A stretch of DNA of 57,259 bases. Origin: Methanobacteriota archaeon. Lineage in GTDB: Archaea > Thermoplasmatota > Poseidoniia > Poseidoniales > Thalassarchaeaceae. The notes beneath the pieces were generated by a model. That model was given only the letters and a program-made list of their open reading frames with translations, searched no databases and was not told the origin of the DNA. Position numbers and translations under genes: made by a program. This document shows, piece after piece, positions 55,198 through 57,259 of the stretch (within the stretch, counting starts at the first letter, position 1; each line of letters begins with the position of its first letter). The stretch spans positions 1 through 57,259 of the forward strand of contig PBPH01000051.1 of NCBI GenBank assembly GCA_002725475.1, given 5' to 3'.

Positions 55198-56220
55198 TCA
55201 CACCACCCGTGTGAAAACATCCAATAATCTTCTACAGTTATTTTTCGTTTCTTCTGTGGTAATTCTAAGCACGACTCCTTTGCTTGGTTGCCCGTAAACT
55301 AAAGCACATCCTAAGGGTGCAATTAGATGAATAATTAGTGGCGCCAAATCTTCTTCCCCATTTACAACTACTAATGTCGGCTCATTATTAGAAAGGGCCA
55401 CCTTGGTAGCTAGTTTCAAATCCGCTGTAATTACTCCAGGCGGACTAGTGCAAGTTGTTAATGAAGTAAATACGGTCCTATCCAAGTCTGCTGCAGGCCC
55501 CCATGGTTTTCTTTTGGTCATTCCATCTACAAAAGCAACGTCTGGGATAATGTTCATTTCAACTAGGGTTTGAACACATACATCACCAACTGCAATTAGT
55601 TTTGGACAGTTTTCTTGAATCGTTGAAATTGCCTTTTTCATGGCAATTGATGTATTAGATTCAGGCCCCTCGAAAAGAGTCCCATATGGCTTTTTCAATT
55701 CACTATCCAAAATTTCTGGCATTTGCTGATCTATGTACATTTCAGCATCTCCCAGCCAACAGGTCCCATCCCTTCCAATCTCTCCTGCCCGAATTCTACT
55801 GGACGATATGATATTTCCATCTGGGCTAGAAACGTGATTAGCTTCAATAATTGATAATTGAGGTAGTCCCCTGTGCTGACGTCTTGAATTAATATCTTCA
55901 CAAGCGGCCCTTGTTTCAGTTGTACAACCAATCGCGTCAGCTTCCTGGGTGGTGGCGGCTGGGCCGATAGAATCATTCAGGAGATGAATCGTAAGGTTTT
56001 CAGAAAAACCAAATTTTTCAACCCAAACTAAAATATCATTTTTCCTCTCATCCCAACTAAGGATTAGCGGATTCTTTTTCTTGGCTATTTCGTCACTGAT
56101 TAGCCAAACTTGTACGGTATCAGATTTTTCTAGACATGTGTTTAGTAAGTGCTCATGGCCAACATGAAAGCGGTCAAAAGTGCCTCCGATTAGGCATAGT
56201 GAGACCCGGTCCATCATCAC
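55198..56220 (-). CDS. Fusion of archaeal phosphopantetheine adenylyltransferase (PPAT) with a DUF359-type GTP-dependent dephospho-CoA kinase
   Basis: The N-terminal half has IGGTFDRFHVGHEHLL (HxGH nucleotidyltransferase motif) and ISSSRIRAGE, as in archaeal PPAT. The C-terminal half (LKKPYGTLFEG...IAVGDVCVQTL...VVVNGEEDLAPL) resembles the DUF359 family. The C-terminal assignment is by recollection of the family pattern only. Confidence 0.65.
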   Translation of the reverse strand: MMMDRVSLCLIGGTFDRFHVGHEHLLNTCLEKSDTVQVWLISDEIAKKKNPLILSWDERKNDILVWVEKFGFSENLTIHLLNDSIGPAATTQEADAIGCTTETRAACEDINSRRQHRGLPQLSIIEANHVSSPDGNIISSSRIRAGEIGRDGTCWLGDAEMYIDQQMPEILDSELKKPYGTLFEGPESNTSIAMKKAISTIQENCPKLIAVGDVCVQTLVEMNIIPDVAFVDGMTKRKPWGPAADLDRTVFTSLTTCTSPPGVITADLKLATKVALSNNEPTLVVVNGEEDLAPLIIHLIAPLGCALVYGQPSKGVVLRITTEETKNNCRRLLDVFTRVV

Positions 56221-56269
56221 TCCGTGTTAGTAGGGCCTCAATCAAACCTGCGCTGAAAATCGGAAAAAA

Positions 56270-56545
56270 GTGTGCCCCGGGGCGTAACGAACCACCTCAT
56301 CGCTTCTCAGCTTGGAGGTTCTGACCCACCCCGGGGCGTCTGTCGGGTGAGTGGGTGGTCCCATGAATCATTCCGCGCACAGCAGTCCTATGGGGACCTT
56401 CTCACCCTGCCGCCATTTGCACCACAATTCATTCCCAAAAGGGTCACCGTGGCCTTCGAAGGCGGCGATGCCCCGAACTTGGTACCACAGTTCATCCCCC
56501 GCCGGCGAAGGCCAGGGTCCGTGTGGTGTTGCTGTCGGGGCATGT
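56270..56545. ncRNA. Candidate structured RNA (family unassigned) in a GC-rich island
   Basis: The 367-bp spacer between two minus-strand genes is far more GC-rich than its surroundings. Its ends can pair (GTGTGCCCC 56270-56278 with GGGGCATGT 56537-56545). A long nested hairpin forms from GGCCTTCG/CGAAGGCC (56451-58 / 56506-13), CGGCG/CGCCG and GAACT/AGTTC. CACCACA (56422-28) pairs with TGTGGTG (56521-27), and GGGTGAG pairs with CTCACCC. Strand is unresolved: the G-U pairs favour plus, while a T6 run after the element favours minus. Confidence 0.4.
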
Positions 56546-56587
56546 ATCGAGCCGTACGGCTCCTTCTTGAATGCTGTCATTCAGTTT

Positions 56588-57259
56588 TCAGAGCCGTCTT
56601 TGGATTTTTTCACGTAATCCTGGATGAAATCCACTTTTCCGAGCTGCAATACGTATGGAAACTTCTGGGGCGCCCATAGTAATCTCAGAAGCGTTGAATT
56701 CCGGCCATTTGTCAACTGGTTGTAGTAGCCACCCGATTAATGGATGAGTATTGCCGGTATGGGGCGATTGATCTTTTGAAACTGCGAGTAAAGCATTTTG
56801 TAAATCAGATAATTCACCCACACCTATCAAATTGGAATCACTTTCAATTCCATGGAGGATTCGCTCAAGTCTCGAGATTAATTCAGTTGGGGTCCCGGGG
56901 TGTTCAATTGCCCCAATACCAGGGATTGAATGTTCTTCCCCAGGGGGCCTAAAAATTGCAGCAGCCCAAGATATTTCACCGGATAACAACTTCTCTCTAC
57001 CATCTGATAACTCAGTCATCTTCAGGAACAAATCGGGAGAGAAAGGTGCCCACCACTCTATCGGTAATGATGTGATATTCCCCACATCTTCAATACTTGG
57101 GGCTCTGCCATTATTCGCCATCCCGACTAGTGCTTGCCACCCACTCAATGTCTTAGAATCAGTTCCAGAATAATCTAGCAATTCAACCCAATCAGAATCT
57201 AACTTTCCTTGTTGAGCAAGCCAGTTCAATCCACAAAGTGAAGGGACTATGTTTTTGGG
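56588..57259 (-). CDS. Hypothetical protein, C-terminal part (frame stays open to the right window edge)
   Basis: The listed ORF starts at a TTG (57229), but the frame has no stop upstream to 57259, so the true start may lie outside the window. No motif recognised. Confidence 0.4.
   Translation of the reverse strand, partial: PKNIVPSLCGLNWLAQQGKLDSDWVELLDYSGTDSKTLSGWQALVGMANNGRAPSIEDVGNITSLPIEWWAPFSPDLFLKMTELSDGREKLLSGEISWAAAIFRPPGEEHSIPGIGAIEHPGTPTELISRLERILHGIESDSNLIGVGELSDLQNALLAVSKDQSPHTGNTHPLIGWLLQPVDKWPEFNASEITMGAPEVSIRIAARKSGFHPGLREKIQRRL

Noticed and set aside
56270-56545. Assigning the structured element to archaeal SRP RNA or RNase P RNA.
   Set aside because: I searched both strands by eye for the SRP helix-8 signature (..CCGGAAGG.AGCA..) and the RNase P P4 strands (GAGGAAAGUCC, ACAGAA..GGCUUA). 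I found only loose resemblances (GAGAAGGUCCCCAUAGG, UCAGAACCUCC), so the family is left unassigned.
56549-56562. The GAGCCGTACGGCTC hairpin recalls the GAGCCGUAU...ACGGUUC stem of group II intron domain V.
   Set aside because: It is only 14 nt, with no bulge, no GNRA-capped distal stem and no flanking intron domains or reverse-transcriptase ORF. It is most simply a small hairpin at the edge of the GC-rich element.
56272-56679. Four overlapping ORFs (56136-56324, 56272-56679 and 56351-56617 on the plus strand, 56368-56580 on the minus strand) in the GC-rich spacer.
   Set aside because: They overlap one another on both strands, and their translations are Pro/Arg/Gly/Cys-rich with no domain-like features. 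Open frames are expected by chance in GC-rich sequence. The nested complementarity favours an RNA or repeat element.

Overview
This 57.3-kb window appears to be chromosomal DNA from an uncultured archaeon. It resembles a marine planktonic euryarchaeote of the MGII/Poseidoniales type, but that placement is inference only. Archaeal hallmark genes are present: PCNA, Orc1/Cdc6 beside an AT-rich candidate replication origin, an archaeal-type PPAT fused to a DUF359-type dephospho-CoA kinase, an archaeal-type signal peptidase I, a divergent TBP-like protein, an Lhr helicase and tRNA-Gly(UCC). Housekeeping genes include folC, dCMP deaminase, a GNAT, an S2P protease, two GT2 glycosyltransferases, TatD, an acyl-CoA dehydrogenase, an acyl-CoA thioesterase, biotin carboxylase, an FNR-like reductase and an MBL hydrolase. 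There are also three very large secreted, membrane-anchored surface proteins; two are paralogs and one carries thrombospondin-type-3 repeats. The most unusual content is a tightly packed minus-strand operon at 24360-34429. It encodes FabI enoyl-ACP reductase, a 2818-aa type-I megasynthase (KS-AT-[degenerate ACP-like]-KS-ACP-ACP-KR-DH) and an Sfp-type phosphopantetheinyl transferase. Together these form a complete ACP-dependent bacterial/eukaryote-style fatty-acid or polyketide elongation set inside an archaeal genome. Both tandem ACPs carry Thr where the phosphopantetheine-accepting Ser normally sits. Second-tier candidates are (1) an AT-rich two-gene island at 15849-18265 encoding a RecB/Cas4-like PD-(D/E)xK nuclease translationally coupled to an HNH nuclease, which may be a defence or mobile module, and (2) a GC-rich, highly self-complementary element of about 275 nt at 56270-56545 that looks like a structured RNA I could not assign to a family. 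All calls rest on reading motifs by eye. No database searches were run.
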